From an uncultured Actinomycetes bacterium (GTDB lineage: Bacteria > Actinomycetota > UBA4738 > HRBIN12): a stretch of DNA of 64,000 bases. Below the pieces are notes generated by a model. The model saw only the letters and a list, made by a program, of their open reading frames with translations, had not been told where the DNA came from and did not search any database. Below, one piece after another: positions 19,434 to 29,409 of this stretch. The stretch lies in assembly GCA_963700855.1 (NCBI GenBank), contig CAVOYV010000008.1, forward strand, positions 93,255 to 157,254. Direction: 5' to 3'. A program made the position numbers and the translations under genes. Every line of letters starts with the position of its first letter. Position 1 is the first letter of the stretch.

Positions 19434-20558
19434 TCAATCCTCGACGCCGGAGGCGACCTTCTCCTCGGCGATCCGGCGGGCTTCCTCGATCAGCCGCTCG
19501 ACGAACTTCCCCTCGGGGATCTTGTCGATCACCTCGCCCTTGACGACCAGGAAGCCCTGGCCCTTGCCGGCGGCGATCCCGATGTCGGCCTCGCGCGCCT
19601 CGCCGGGGCCGTTCACGACGCAGCCCATCACGGCGACACGGATCGGTGCCTGGAGCTTCTCGCGCTCGAGCGCCTCGTTCACCTCGCGGGTCAGGCCGAT
19701 CACGTCGACCTCGGCGCGCCCGCACGACGGGCACGCGACCAGGTCCAGGCCGCGCTTGCGGAGCCCCAATGACTGGAGGATCCACGTGCCGACCTTGACC
19801 TCCTCGACGGGGTCGTCGGTGAGCGAGACCCGGATCGTGTCACCGATCCCCTCGGCGAGCAGCGCCCCGATCCCGACGGCACTCTTCACGCCGCCCATCG
19901 GCATCGGCCCGGCCTCGGTCACGCCGAGGTGCAGCGGGTAGTCGCACTTCTCGGCGAGCTGCCGGTACGACTCGATCATCACCGCCGGGTTCGAGTGCTT
20001 CACGCTGATCTTGATGTCGGTGAAGTCCTCGTCCTCGAGGATCCGCGCCTCGTTCAGCGCCGACTCGACGAGCGCCTCCGGTGTCGGGTTCCCGTACTTC
20101 TCGAGCAGATCCTTCTCGAGCGAGCCGGCGTTCACGCCGATCCGGATCGGGACGCCGCGGGCCTTCGCCTCGCGAGCGATCAGCCGGACCTTGTCCTGGT
20201 ACTTGATGTTGCCGGGGTTGATCCGCAGTCCCTGGATCCCCGCCTCGAGCGCGGCGATCGCGTACTTCCACTGGAAGTGGATGTCGGCGACGACCGGCAC
20301 GGTCGACTTCGCGGCGATCGCGACGAGCGCCTCGGCGTCCTCCCAGTGCGGGACCGCGACCCGCACGATGTCCACGCCGGCCGCGACGAGCGGCGCGATC
20401 TGCTGCAGCGTCGCGTTGATGTCGGCCGTCTTCGTCGTGGTCATCGACTGGATGCTGATCGGCGCGTCGCCGCCCACGGCGACGCGGCCGACGTGCAGCT
20501 GACGGGTCCGGCGGCGTTCGGGGCTCACGTCAGCCAGTCTCCCAGAGCCCTCAGCCAC
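19434..20558 (-). CDS. ispG: 4-hydroxy-3-methylbut-2-en-1-yl diphosphate synthase
   Basis: 374-aa ORF with [22 protein letters not shown], and ACPSCGR...[11 protein letters not shown]. Confidence 0.97.
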   Translation of the reverse strand: MAEGSGRLADVSPERRRTRQLHVGRVAVGGDAPISIQSMTTTKTADINATLQQIAPLVAAGVDIVRVAVPHWEDAEALVAIAAKSTVPVVADIHFQWKYAIAALEAGIQGLRINPGNIKYQDKVRLIAREAKARGVPIRIGVNAGSLEKDLLEKYGNPTPEALVESALNEARILEDEDFTDIKISVKHSNPAVMIESYRQLAEKCDYPLHLGVTEAGPMPMGGVKSAVGIGALLAEGIGDTIRVSLTDDPVEEVKVGTWILQSLGLRKRGLDLVACPSCGRAEVDVIGLTREVNEALEREKLQAPIRVAVMGCVVNGPGEAREADIGIAAGKGQGFLVVKGEVIDKIPEGKFVERLIEEARRIAEEKVASGVED

Positions 20559-21001
20559 CGAAGACGTGGAACGTGATCGTGCGTGGCTTCGGCTCGTCCA
20601 TCTCGAACAGGATCAGTCGCTGCCAGACCCCGAACCCGGGCTCACCGGCCACGACCGGGATCGCGTGCGAGGTTGCGGACAGCAGCATCGCCTTCACGTG
20701 CGCGTGGCCGTTCGCACGCTCGTCCTCGTGCATGTTCTGCGTCCGGATGTCGAAGTCGTCGTGCTGGTAGTAGATCCCGTCGTGCGGCACGAGGTCGGTG
20801 AGGTGCCGGCGGAAGTCGGCGAGCGCGCCGTCTTCCCATTCGTTGATGAGCAGCGCGCACGTGGTGTGGCCGCAGAACGCGATCACGGCGCCCTCGGTCA
20901 CGCCCGCGTCCTTCACCGCGCGTCGGAGGTCGTCGGTGAGGATCCAGGTAGGCGTAGCGGGCGGCGACCTCGACGGTCACGGTCGTGGTAGCGGACTTCA
21001 C
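20551..21001 (-). CDS. yjbQ: YjbQ/UPF0047 family protein, N-terminal 20 codons in a different frame
   Basis: ORF 20551..20916 has [19 protein letters not shown] and [10 protein letters not shown]. The true N-terminus [20 protein letters not shown] is the start of ORF 20642..21001. Removing 1 nt near 20940 joins them (..[21 protein letters not shown]). Confidence 0.8.
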
Positions 21002-22452
21002 GTGGGCTGTCCCTCCATCTTCTCGGCCATCTCCAGGGGATCGTCCTCGGCCATGTCCTCGCTCATCCTGTCCGACTCGCGCTTCCTGTCCTTTGGTCTG
21101 TCCTTCGCGGGCACCGCTGCCGGCAGGTCGAACGTGAACACGCTGCCTCGGCCGACCTGACTGTCCGCGCGGATGTGACCTCCGTGTGCCTCCACGATCG
21201 AGCGGGCGATCGCGAGACCGATCCCGGTGCCGCCGTCCTCGCGGCTGCGCGAGGTGTCGACGCGATAGAAGCGCTCGAAGAGCCGCGGCAGGGCGTCGTC
21301 GGGGATCCCGGTGCCCGTGTCGGCGACGCTGATCTCGACGCGGCCGTTCACTCGGTGCGCCGCGATCGTGACCTCACCACCCGGCGGGGTGAAGCGGACC
21401 GCGTTGTCCACCAGGTTGAACAGGACCTGATGCACCCGCGCGGCGTCGGCCTCGAGCGGGGGGAGGTCGTCTTCGATCTCTCGTCCGATCGCGACGTCGG
21501 CCGACGGCCGCGCGACGTCGATCTCGGAGACGACCCGCGCGACCAGCGGTTCCACCGGCACCTCCTCCCGGTACAGAGGAACCTCACCGGACTCCAGCTT
21601 CGACAGGTCCAGCAACTGCTCCACGAGACGCGCCAGCCGCTCGGTCTGGCCCAGCATCACCTGGAGGGTCTTCGGGTCGGGCTGCTCCACGCCGTCGAGC
21701 AGGTTCTCGAGGTGGGCACGGATCGCCGTGATCGGCGTCTTCAGCTCGTGCGACACGTTCGCGACCAGGTCACGCCGGCTCTGCTCGAGGTTCTCGAGCT
21801 CTCCGCTCATCCGGTTGAACGCCGCCGCGAGTTGTCCGACCTCGTCGCGGCTGCGCGTGCGAACACGGACCGTGTAGTCCCCGATCTCCATGCGGTGCGC
21901 GGCCGCCGCCATGTCACGCAGAGGCTGGGTCATACCGCGCGCCAGGAACCGCGCCATCAGCAGGGCCATGGCCGAAGCCAGCACGCCGGCGATCAGGAAC
22001 TGCCACCAGAAGGAGCCGAGGAACGAGAACGTCGCGCCGGCGCGTGCGAGGAACCCAGGGTCCGGGATCGGTCGCATGGCATACACCATCTCGACGACCG
22101 AGCCCTCGCGCGCCACGGGCACCGCCGCGAAGTCGACCGTCGTCGTCTTGCCGACGTGGACGCCGCCGTCCGGGAAGACGGGGAGACCCTCGGGCGGCTC
22201 GCCGCTCACCAGCACCCCTGACGTCGTCATGTGGACGATCGAGATGCTCCGCGGTGGCGCCTCCAGCTCGCCCGCAGCCTCGACGCGGGCGACGCGGAGC
22301 AACTGCAGCCGCTCGGTGTCGCGGTCGATGTCGCGGAAGGCGTACCCGAGCAGCAGGACCACGAGGACCACGGTCACTCCGACCGCGATCACGATGACCG
22401 ATCCGAGCTTCCCCCGGATGGTCGGCAGCTTCTCGAGCGGCCGCATCGCCAC
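20998..22452 (-). CDS. sensor histidine kinase (2 TM, HAMP, HisKA, HATPase_c)
   Basis: 484-aa ORF with the H-box VSHELKTPITAI, N-box FNLVDNAVRF, and G-boxes DTGTGI and GGTGIGLAI. Confidence 0.9.
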   Translation of the reverse strand: MAMRPLEKLPTIRGKLGSVIVIAVGVTVVLVVLLLGYAFRDIDRDTERLQLLRVARVEAAGELEAPPRSISIVHMTTSGVLVSGEPPEGLPVFPDGGVHVGKTTTVDFAAVPVAREGSVVEMVYAMRPIPDPGFLARAGATFSFLGSFWWQFLIAGVLASAMALLMARFLARGMTQPLRDMAAAAHRMEIGDYTVRVRTRSRDEVGQLAAAFNRMSGELENLEQSRRDLVANVSHELKTPITAIRAHLENLLDGVEQPDPKTLQVMLGQTERLARLVEQLLDLSKLESGEVPLYREEVPVEPLVARVVSEIDVARPSADVAIGREIEDDLPPLEADAARVHQVLFNLVDNAVRFTPPGGEVTIAAHRVNGRVEISVADTGTGIPDDALPRLFERFYRVDTSRSREDGGTGIGLAIARSIVEAHGGHIRADSQVGRGSVFTFDLPAAVPAKDRPKDRKRESDRMSEDMAEDDPLEMAEKMEGQPT

Positions 22453-22456
22453 GCGA

Positions 22457-23155
22457 CTACTCCTTGAAGGCGTACCCGACGCCGTGGACGGTGCGGATGA
22501 ACCGCGGATCGTTCCCGTCCTCGCCGAGCTTGCGCCGGATCCGGGCGACGTGCGAGTCGACGACCCGACCGCCCGCGTAGTCCCGGTAGCCCCACACGCG
22601 ATCCATCAGCTGGTCACGCGCCATGACCACACCCGGCTCCCGCGCCAGCGCGAAGAGGATCTCGAACTCCAGCGGCGTGAGCGCGATCTCCTGGTCGTCG
22701 ACGCTCACGCGCCTGCGCTGCGGGTCGATCGCAAGACCATGCCGCTCGATCGGGCCCTCCTGCTCCTGGCCGCGCATCCGCTCCATCCGACGCAAGATCG
22801 CCGAGACCCGGGCCGCGAGCTCGCGGAGGCTGAACGGCTTCGTCAGGTAGTCGTCTGCGCCGACGGCGAACCCGGCGACCTTGTCGGCCTCCTCGGTCCG
22901 CGCGGTGAGCATCAGGACCGGCGTCCAGCGATCCTTCTGGATCCTCGTGCAGACCTCGAGGCCGTCCATCCCGGGGAGCATCAGGTCCAAGACGACGAGG
23001 TCGGGGCGGTGCTCGGCGTGGATGCGGATCGCCTCGGGCCCGTCGCCGGCGACCAGGACCGTGTAGCCCTCGGACTCGAGCCGGGCGCGCACGGCCTCGG
23101 CGATGGCTTCCTCGTCGTCGACCACCAGGATCGTCTCGTCGCTCACAGGGCTCAT
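22457..23155 (-). CDS. OmpR/PhoB-type response regulator
   Basis: 232-aa ORF with ILVVDDEEAI, the VVLDLMLPGMDG receiver and a winged-helix C-terminus (RVVDSHVARIRRKL, IRTVHGVGY). Confidence 0.93.
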   Translation of the reverse strand: MSPVSDETILVVDDEEAIAEAVRARLESEGYTVLVAGDGPEAIRIHAEHRPDLVVLDLMLPGMDGLEVCTRIQKDRWTPVLMLTARTEEADKVAGFAVGADDYLTKPFSLRELAARVSAILRRMERMRGQEQEGPIERHGLAIDPQRRRVSVDDQEIALTPLEFEILFALAREPGVVMARDQLMDRVWGYRDYAGGRVVDSHVARIRRKLGEDGNDPRFIRTVHGVGYAFKE

Positions 23156-23231
23156 CGTAGCCGGGTCGGCGACCGCCTCCGCCCGTTCCGAGGATGGAGA
23201 AACTGTGACGCGACCCGAGCGTCGGCCCAGG

Positions 23232-24626
23232 TCAGGGGGTCGGGAGCGGCTTCGTGATGTCCACGATCACCGTCGCCATCACGAACGTGACGAGGAACGC
23301 CATCACGGCGACCGAGACCGGGATCACCCTTCGCATGTCGACCGCGCGGCCCCGGATCTTCTCGATCAGGAGCATCAGCAGATGTCCCCCGTCGAACGGT
23401 GGCAGCGGGATCAGGTTGACCAACCCGATGAACACCGTGACGTACCCGAGGAACGCGATCACGACGGCCCACCGGCCGTCCCCGCCGACCGCGCCTACCT
23501 GCTGACCGATCCCGACCACGGAGGCGGGGTCGGTGATCTCCCGCTCGGCGTCGGTGAACAGCAAGGTCGCGACCCGCCCGATCCCTTCCGGACCGAAGAC
23601 CCGACCGATCGACAACACGGAGTCCCAGGCCGAGGTCCAGACCATCTTGGTCCCCTCGATGACGGCCACCGGTAGCGGGAGCGGATCGGGCGTGAGGATG
23701 ATGCCGACCCTGGGGATCTCGAGCCCGCCCACGCAGCCCCGCACCGGCGTCAAGGTCGTGGCGACCCGGTCCCCGTCGCGATCCACGACCACCGGCAGAG
23801 GTCGATCGATGGCCTTCGCGATCTCGTCGCGGACCTGGACGGAGGTCGGCTCGCGCAGGGCGCCGATCTCCTGGACCACGTCACCCGCCCGCAGGCCCGC
23901 GTCCGTGGCCGGCGAGGCCGACCCGTCGGGGAGCTCGTCGCGGACCTCCTCGATCCGAGCCGGCCCGTCGCCCTGCGACAGGACGAGCCCGGCCACGCCG
24001 CCCCACGTGCCGTCGACACAGTCCATCACCGGCGTGACCGTCACCTGGACGACCTCGTCCCCGCGCTGGACCGCCAGCGGCATCGGCATCCCGACGAACG
24101 CCCCGATCTGCTCACCCAGTTCGGTGCCGTTCGGATCCTCCACGTCGCCCGCGAGCACGACCACGTCGCCGGCCTGGAGACCCACCCCTGCAGCAGGCGA
24201 GACCGACCCATCGGCGAGGGTCTCATCGACGCCGCCGATCTCGTAGGCGATCGTCTGGTCCCCGTAGAAGAACAGCACGGCGGAGAACATGATCGCGGCC
24301 ATCAGGAAGTGCGAGAACGGGCCGGCCGCGATCACCACGGCTCGTTTCCAGATCGGCTTCGAGTAGTAGGCGCTCGGAACGTCCTCGGGGGCGACCTCCT
24401 CGTAGGGGTTCATCCCGGCGATCTTCACGTACCCGCCCAGCGGCAGCGCTTTGACCCCGTACTCGATCCGGTTCCGGACGGTCGACCACACCCGGGGCCC
24501 GAAGCCGACGAAGTACTCGAGCACCCGGAACCGGTAGAGCCGTGCGAACGCGTAGTGGCCGAGCTCGTGGATCAAGATCACGACCAGCAAGCCGACGAAG
24601 AACACCACGATCGCCACGCCGCCCAC
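23232..24626 (-). CDS. rseP: M50 site-2 protease (RseP/Rip1) with PDZ domains
   Basis: 464-aa ORF with HELGHY, two PDZ-like segments and NLIPLPPFDGGH. It sits between dxr and ispG as in mycobacteria. Confidence 0.93.
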   Translation of the reverse strand: MGGVAIVVFFVGLLVVILIHELGHYAFARLYRFRVLEYFVGFGPRVWSTVRNRIEYGVKALPLGGYVKIAGMNPYEEVAPEDVPSAYYSKPIWKRAVVIAAGPFSHFLMAAIMFSAVLFFYGDQTIAYEIGGVDETLADGSVSPAAGVGLQAGDVVVLAGDVEDPNGTELGEQIGAFVGMPMPLAVQRGDEVVQVTVTPVMDCVDGTWGGVAGLVLSQGDGPARIEEVRDELPDGSASPATDAGLRAGDVVQEIGALREPTSVQVRDEIAKAIDRPLPVVVDRDGDRVATTLTPVRGCVGGLEIPRVGIILTPDPLPLPVAVIEGTKMVWTSAWDSVLSIGRVFGPEGIGRVATLLFTDAEREITDPASVVGIGQQVGAVGGDGRWAVVIAFLGYVTVFIGLVNLIPLPPFDGGHLLMLLIEKIRGRAVDMRRVIPVSVAVMAFLVTFVMATVIVDITKPLPTP

Positions 24627-24635
24627 CTGTGCCGC

Positions 24636-25799
24636 CTAGCGTCCCTCGACGATCGAGGCCGCGCGCTGGCGCGCCCACGCATCGGCGCGCTCGATCGCGA
24701 CCACGGAGACCACCGTCGGCGGCTCGTGCTCGTCGACCACGGTCTGGACGATCTCGACGATGCGCGTGAGGGCGATCTTGCCCTCCAGGAAGGCCATCAC
24801 CGCGACCTCGTTGGCGGCGTTCATCACGGCGGGGAACGTCAGACCGAGCCCGCCGACACGGTAGGCGAGGTCCACGGCGGGGAACGCCTCGCGGTCCACC
24901 GGCTCGAAGGTCAGGGGGCGGTCGGTGAGCGGCACGGGCTCCACCCCGGTCGGGAGCCGCTCCGGCCATCCGAGCGCGAGCTGGATCGGCAGGCGCATGT
25001 CCGCCTTCGCCATCTCTGCACGCAGGCTCCCGTCGCGGAACTCGGCCATCGCATGGACGAGGCCCTCAGGGTGGATCAGGACGTGGATCTGCGAGTAGTC
25101 GAGGTCGAACAGGTGATGGGCCTCGATCACCTCGAGTCCCTTGTTCATCAACGTAGCGGAGTCGATCGTGATCTTCGGACCCATCGACCAGACGGGATGC
25201 TGCAGCGCCTCCTTCACCGATGCCCGGGCAAGCTCGCCGCGGGTCCAGCCACGGAAAGGCCCACCGGATCCGGTGAGGACGACGCGTTTGAGGTCCTCAC
25301 GCCGCTCGTGGCGCAGCGCCATCGCGAGCGCCGCGTGCTCGGAGTCGACGGGGAGCAGCCGTTCGGGCTCTCCCTTGACCAGGTCCATCACCAGCTCGCC
25401 CCCGACCACGAGTGACTCCTTGTTCGCGAGGGCCACGGTCTTGCCAGCCTGGAGCGCGGCGAGCGTCGGGCCGAGCCCGGCCGAGCCCACCAACGCGTTC
25501 AGCACGAAGTCGGCCTCCGTGTCGCCCGCGAGCCGCTCCGCGGCGTCGTGTCCGGTCAGGAACTCGACGCCCTTGACCGTGCCGACCTTCTCGCGGATGT
25601 CGGTCGCGGCGTCCTCGTCAGCGATCGCGACGACCGGCGGGATGAACTCCCGGATCTGCCCCGCGAGCAGCTCCTGGTTCATCCCGGCGGCCGACAGCCC
25701 AGCAACCCGGAAGCGATCGGGGTTGCGACGCACGACGTCGAGCGCCTGGGTCCCGATGGACCCGGTCGAACCCAGAACGGTCACGGACCTCATGCGCAC
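24636..25799 (-). CDS. dxr: 1-deoxy-D-xylulose-5-phosphate reductoisomerase
   Basis: 387-aa ORF with LGSTGSIGTQALDV, LANKESLV, PVDSEH and NAANEVAV. Confidence 0.97.
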   Translation of the reverse strand: MRMRSVTVLGSTGSIGTQALDVVRRNPDRFRVAGLSAAGMNQELLAGQIREFIPPVVAIADEDAATDIREKVGTVKGVEFLTGHDAAERLAGDTEADFVLNALVGSAGLGPTLAALQAGKTVALANKESLVVGGELVMDLVKGEPERLLPVDSEHAALAMALRHERREDLKRVVLTGSGGPFRGWTRGELARASVKEALQHPVWSMGPKITIDSATLMNKGLEVIEAHHLFDLDYSQIHVLIHPEGLVHAMAEFRDGSLRAEMAKADMRLPIQLALGWPERLPTGVEPVPLTDRPLTFEPVDREAFPAVDLAYRVGGLGLTFPAVMNAANEVAVMAFLEGKIALTRIVEIVQTVVDEHEPPTVVSVVAIERADAWARQRAASIVEGR

Positions 25800-25837
25800 C
25801 AGCCTACCCCGGCCCTGCGCGTTCGCAGGTGCGGGCT

Positions 25838-27451
25838 CTACGCGAAGCCGATCACACGGAACAGCAGGAACGCGGCCGGAGCCACGAAGAGCAGCGAGTC
25901 GATCCGGTCGAGGATGCCCCCGTGACCCGGCAGGACGCTGCCCATGTCCTTGATCCCGAGATCCCGCTTCACGAGCGACTCCGCGAGGTCACCGAGGGTC
26001 GCGGCCACGGCGACCACGATCGCGAGCAGCAAGGCCTCCAGCCTCTGGTCCGCGAACACGTCGATGAACGATGGCACGAGCGCGACCGACACCACGATGG
26101 TCACGAGCGAGGCGCCCAGCACACCTTCGAGCGACTTCTTCGGACTGATCGTCGGCGCGAGCGGGCGGTGGAAGAACGACCCACCCCACACCGACCCGAC
26201 CAGGAACGCGGCCGTGTCGAACACGAAGGTCAGCCCGACCACGGCCACGACGAGCGCCCGGCCCTCCTCGAGCTTGAGGGTCGCGATCAGGTAACCGCCG
26301 AGCAGAGGGATCCATGCCATGTTGAGCACCGTCAACCCGACGTTGCGCACGACATCCTTCCGGTGGATCGCCGGAACCGTCATGAACCACAGGAACGCCG
26401 CGGCCACCCCGAGGGCGAACATCGCGGGTGTGGCGGCCTCACCACGGAAGTAGGCGCCGGCCATCATCAGAGCGCCCGCCACGAGCCCGACGGCCGTGGC
26501 CGGCTGCGCGTGGTGCTTCACCATCACCCCGAAGAACTCGCCTTGCGCGATCAGCACCGCGAGGACCGCGACGATCGCGAACGCGCCCTCGCCCACGAGC
26601 AGGGCAGCGAGCGCGACGCCAGCGAGGACCAGACCCGTCATGAAGGCAGCCGGCACGTCGCGCTCCCCGGTGTCCGGCCCACGGCGGTCGACGTCTGCCC
26701 CGACCTCGACCGCGGCTACGTCCTGCCAGCTCGGGCCGGACACGCCCTCGGCCCCGACCACGACCGTTCGCGGAGCCGCCGCGGGCTCCCGCAGGTCACT
26801 CAGGATGTCCTCCTCGACCTGCTCGGCCCCGAGATCCGACAACAGGTCTCCCCCACCTTCATCGGCGAACACGTCGACCGGCTCGGTCTCGTAGGACTCG
26901 GGGGTTCGGAACGGCCCCGCGAAGTGATCCGCCGCGGCCTCGAGGTCGTCGTCGGACGGCCCGTCATGAGCGACGACGTCCTGTTCCGTTTCCGCGTCCC
27001 CGGGCTCCTCCGGCTCGTCGAACGACACGGGCGGCACCGCGGCCTCGATCTCCACGTCGTCCTCGTCGGGCCAGTTCTCCTCCTCCACGAACAGATCCCT
27101 CTGGGACTCATCGGTGGCGGTGGGGGGCTCGGGTTCCGAGAACGCAACGTCCTCGTCTCCGTCGTGGTGGACGACGACGATCTCCTGGGTCGGCTCCGGG
27201 TGCTCGAGCGCCGCAGGGACGTCCTCGACGGCCTCGATCACGCCCGTGTCGTACCAGTCGTCCTCGCCCTCCTCGGCGACATCGACCTGCGCCGGTTCGT
27301 CGGGCACCGGACCGCCCTGCACCTCGACGTGCTCCTCGTGGGGAGCCTTGGAGGCCTGCGCCTCCGGCTCGTCCCAGTCGACGTCCTTGATGGGCGCGAA
27401 GAACTTGTCCAGGTCTTCGAAGAGCTCGTCGCCGTCGCGTTCGCCTGCCAC
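25838..27451 (-). CDS. cdsA: phosphatidate cytidylyltransferase with ~260-aa acidic N-terminal extension
   Basis: 537-aa ORF. The C-terminal ~270 aa are polytopic and carry the CdsA signature SLVKRDLGIKDMGSVLPGHGGILDRIDS. The N-terminal half is D/E-rich and low complexity. Confidence 0.9.
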   Translation of the reverse strand: MAGERDGDELFEDLDKFFAPIKDVDWDEPEAQASKAPHEEHVEVQGGPVPDEPAQVDVAEEGEDDWYDTGVIEAVEDVPAALEHPEPTQEIVVVHHDGDEDVAFSEPEPPTATDESQRDLFVEEENWPDEDDVEIEAAVPPVSFDEPEEPGDAETEQDVVAHDGPSDDDLEAAADHFAGPFRTPESYETEPVDVFADEGGGDLLSDLGAEQVEEDILSDLREPAAAPRTVVVGAEGVSGPSWQDVAAVEVGADVDRRGPDTGERDVPAAFMTGLVLAGVALAALLVGEGAFAIVAVLAVLIAQGEFFGVMVKHHAQPATAVGLVAGALMMAGAYFRGEAATPAMFALGVAAAFLWFMTVPAIHRKDVVRNVGLTVLNMAWIPLLGGYLIATLKLEEGRALVVAVVGLTFVFDTAAFLVGSVWGGSFFHRPLAPTISPKKSLEGVLGASLVTIVVSVALVPSFIDVFADQRLEALLLAIVVAVAATLGDLAESLVKRDLGIKDMGSVLPGHGGILDRIDSLLFVAPAAFLLFRVIGFA

Positions 27452-27456
27452 AGGCC

Positions 27457-28017
27457 CTAGACCTCCATCAGCTCCTGCTCTTTGTGGCCTTGGATCTGGT
27501 CGACCTCGGCCACGAACCGATCCGTGAGTTTCTGCAGCTCCTTCTCGGCTCGGATCAGGTCATCTTCGGAGATACCGCCCTCCCGCTCAAGCTTCTCCAT
27601 CTCTTCCTTCGTGTGGCGCCGGATGTTGCGAACGGCCACCCGGCCCTCTTCGGCGCGGTGATGGACCTGCTTCACGAGCTCCTTGCGCCGCTCCTCGGTC
27701 AGCTGCGGGAAGGCGAGCCGGATCAGGTTGCCGTCGTTGCTCGGCGTGATCCCGAGGTCGCTCGACATGATCGCCTTCTCGATCGCGCCGATCGAGTTCT
27801 TGTCGAACGGCTGGACCTGCAGCAGACGCGGCTCGGGAACGCTCATGCTCGCGAGCTGGTTCAGCGGCACCGGAGTCCCGTAGTACTCGACCGTGATCCG
27901 GTTCAGCACGGCGGGCGTCGCCCGACCCGTGCGGATCCCCGCGAGATCCTCCTTCAGGTGCGAGATCGCCTGCTCCATCTTGTGGTTCGCGTCCTTCATG
28001 GCGGACTCGATCGTCAT
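27457..28017 (-). CDS. frr: ribosome recycling factor
   Basis: Within ORF 27457..28308. The true start is [33 protein letters not shown] (ATG 28017), giving an ATGA overlap with the pyrH stop. Confidence 0.96.
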   Translation of the reverse strand: MTIESAMKDANHKMEQAISHLKEDLAGIRTGRATPAVLNRITVEYYGTPVPLNQLASMSVPEPRLLQVQPFDKNSIGAIEKAIMSSDLGITPSNDGNLIRLAFPQLTEERRKELVKQVHHRAEEGRVAVRNIRRHTKEEMEKLEREGGISEDDLIRAEKELQKLTDRFVAEVDQIQGHKEQELMEV

Positions 28018-28748
28018 CCCACTCCTCCGTGGACGAGGGTGCCGATCGGCTCGCCCGTCGCGACGCGGCGGATGTTCCCCTCCTCGCGGAGGTCGAACAC
28101 GATGATCGGCAACGTGTTCTCCATGCTCAGCGACACGGCCGTCGCATCCATCACCTGGTAGCCCTCCTTCAGGAAGTCCACGTAGGCGAGGGAGTCGAGC
28201 CGCACCGCGGTCGGGTCGACATGCGGGTCCGCCGTGTAGACGCCGTCCACCTTGGTGCCCTTCAGCAGGGCGTCCGCGTGGATCTCGAGGGCGCGCTGGG
28301 CGGCGCACGTGTCGGTCGAGAAGTAGGGCACCCCGAGACCCGCCGCGAAGATCACGACGCGGCCCTTCTCGAGGTGTCGGATCGCGCGCAACGGGACGAA
28401 GGGCTCTGCCACCTGGCTCATCGCGATCGCGGTCTGCACCCGGGTGGGCACGTGGATCTTCTCTAGGGCGTCCTGCAGGGCGAGCGCGTTCATCACGGTC
28501 GCCAGCATCCCCATGTAGTCCGCGCGGTTGCGATCGATGCCGGGCGCCTGACGCCCCCTCCAGATGTTGCCGCCTCCGACCACGATCGCCGGCTGGATCC
28601 CCAGATCGACGACCTCGGCGAGCTGCCGCGCCACGAGGGACGTGGCGTCGGCGCTGATCCCCGAGCCGGACTCGGGTGCGAAGGCCTCCCCGGAGAGCTT
28701 CAGCAGGACGCGGTGGTACGTCGCGCGCCCTGCGTCGCCATCGGTCAT
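28014..28748 (-). CDS. pyrH: UMP kinase
   Basis: 244-aa ORF with [20 protein letters not shown] and [11 protein letters not shown]. Confidence 0.97.
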   Translation of the reverse strand: MTDGDAGRATYHRVLLKLSGEAFAPESGSGISADATSLVARQLAEVVDLGIQPAIVVGGGNIWRGRQAPGIDRNRADYMGMLATVMNALALQDALEKIHVPTRVQTAIAMSQVAEPFVPLRAIRHLEKGRVVIFAAGLGVPYFSTDTCAAQRALEIHADALLKGTKVDGVYTADPHVDPTAVRLDSLAYVDFLKEGYQVMDATAVSLSMENTLPIIVFDLREEGNIRRVATGEPIGTLVHGGVG

Positions 28749-28800
28749 CAGGTGCCTCGTCCCCTCCGTGGTCGTGAGCCGTCGTGCCGTTGCGGCCAGC

Positions 28801-29409
28801 TTACTCCGCGTCTTCGCCCAGCTTGAAGCGGGCGAAGCGGCGCACGACGACCTTCTCGCCCGTCTTCGCGCCGACCTCCTCGAGGTACTGCTGGATCGTC
28901 TTCGAGTCGTCCTTCACGAACGGTTGCTCGAGCAGGACGTGGTCCTTGTAGAAGGCCTCGAGCTTGCCCTCGACGATCTTCGTGATCACGTTCTCGGGCT
29001 TGCCGGTCTCCTTGGCCTGGGCCTCGAACAGCGCCGCGACCCGCTCGATCTCGGCGCCGGGAACGTCTTCGCGTGAGAGGTAGCGGGGCGCCGCGGGGCT
29101 CGCGATGTGCAAAGCGAGGTCCTTCACGAACGCGCGGAACTCGTCGGTGTTCGCGACGAAGTCCGTCTCGCAGTTGACCTCGACCAAGACCCCCACCGTG
29201 TTGTTGAAGTGGATGTACGAGTCGATGAGTCCCTGGTTCGCGGTACGACCGGCGCGCTTCTCGACGCTCGCGAGACCCTTCTGCTGCAGGACCTCCTTGG
29301 CCTTCGCGACGTCGCCGTCGGCGTCTTGGAGCGCCTTCTTGCAGTCCATCATCCCCGCGCCGGTCTCGTCCCGCAGGGCCTTGACCATCGCCGCCGTGAT
29401 CTCGGTCAC
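28801..29409 (-). CDS. tsf: elongation factor Ts (short, 202-aa form)
   Basis: Motifs [20 protein letters not shown] and [14 protein letters not shown] start preceded by AGGAGG. Confidence 0.95.
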   Translation of the reverse strand: MTEITAAMVKALRDETGAGMMDCKKALQDADGDVAKAKEVLQQKGLASVEKRAGRTANQGLIDSYIHFNNTVGVLVEVNCETDFVANTDEFRAFVKDLALHIASPAAPRYLSREDVPGAEIERVAALFEAQAKETGKPENVITKIVEGKLEAFYKDHVLLEQPFVKDDSKTIQQYLEEVGAKTGEKVVVRRFARFKLGEDAE

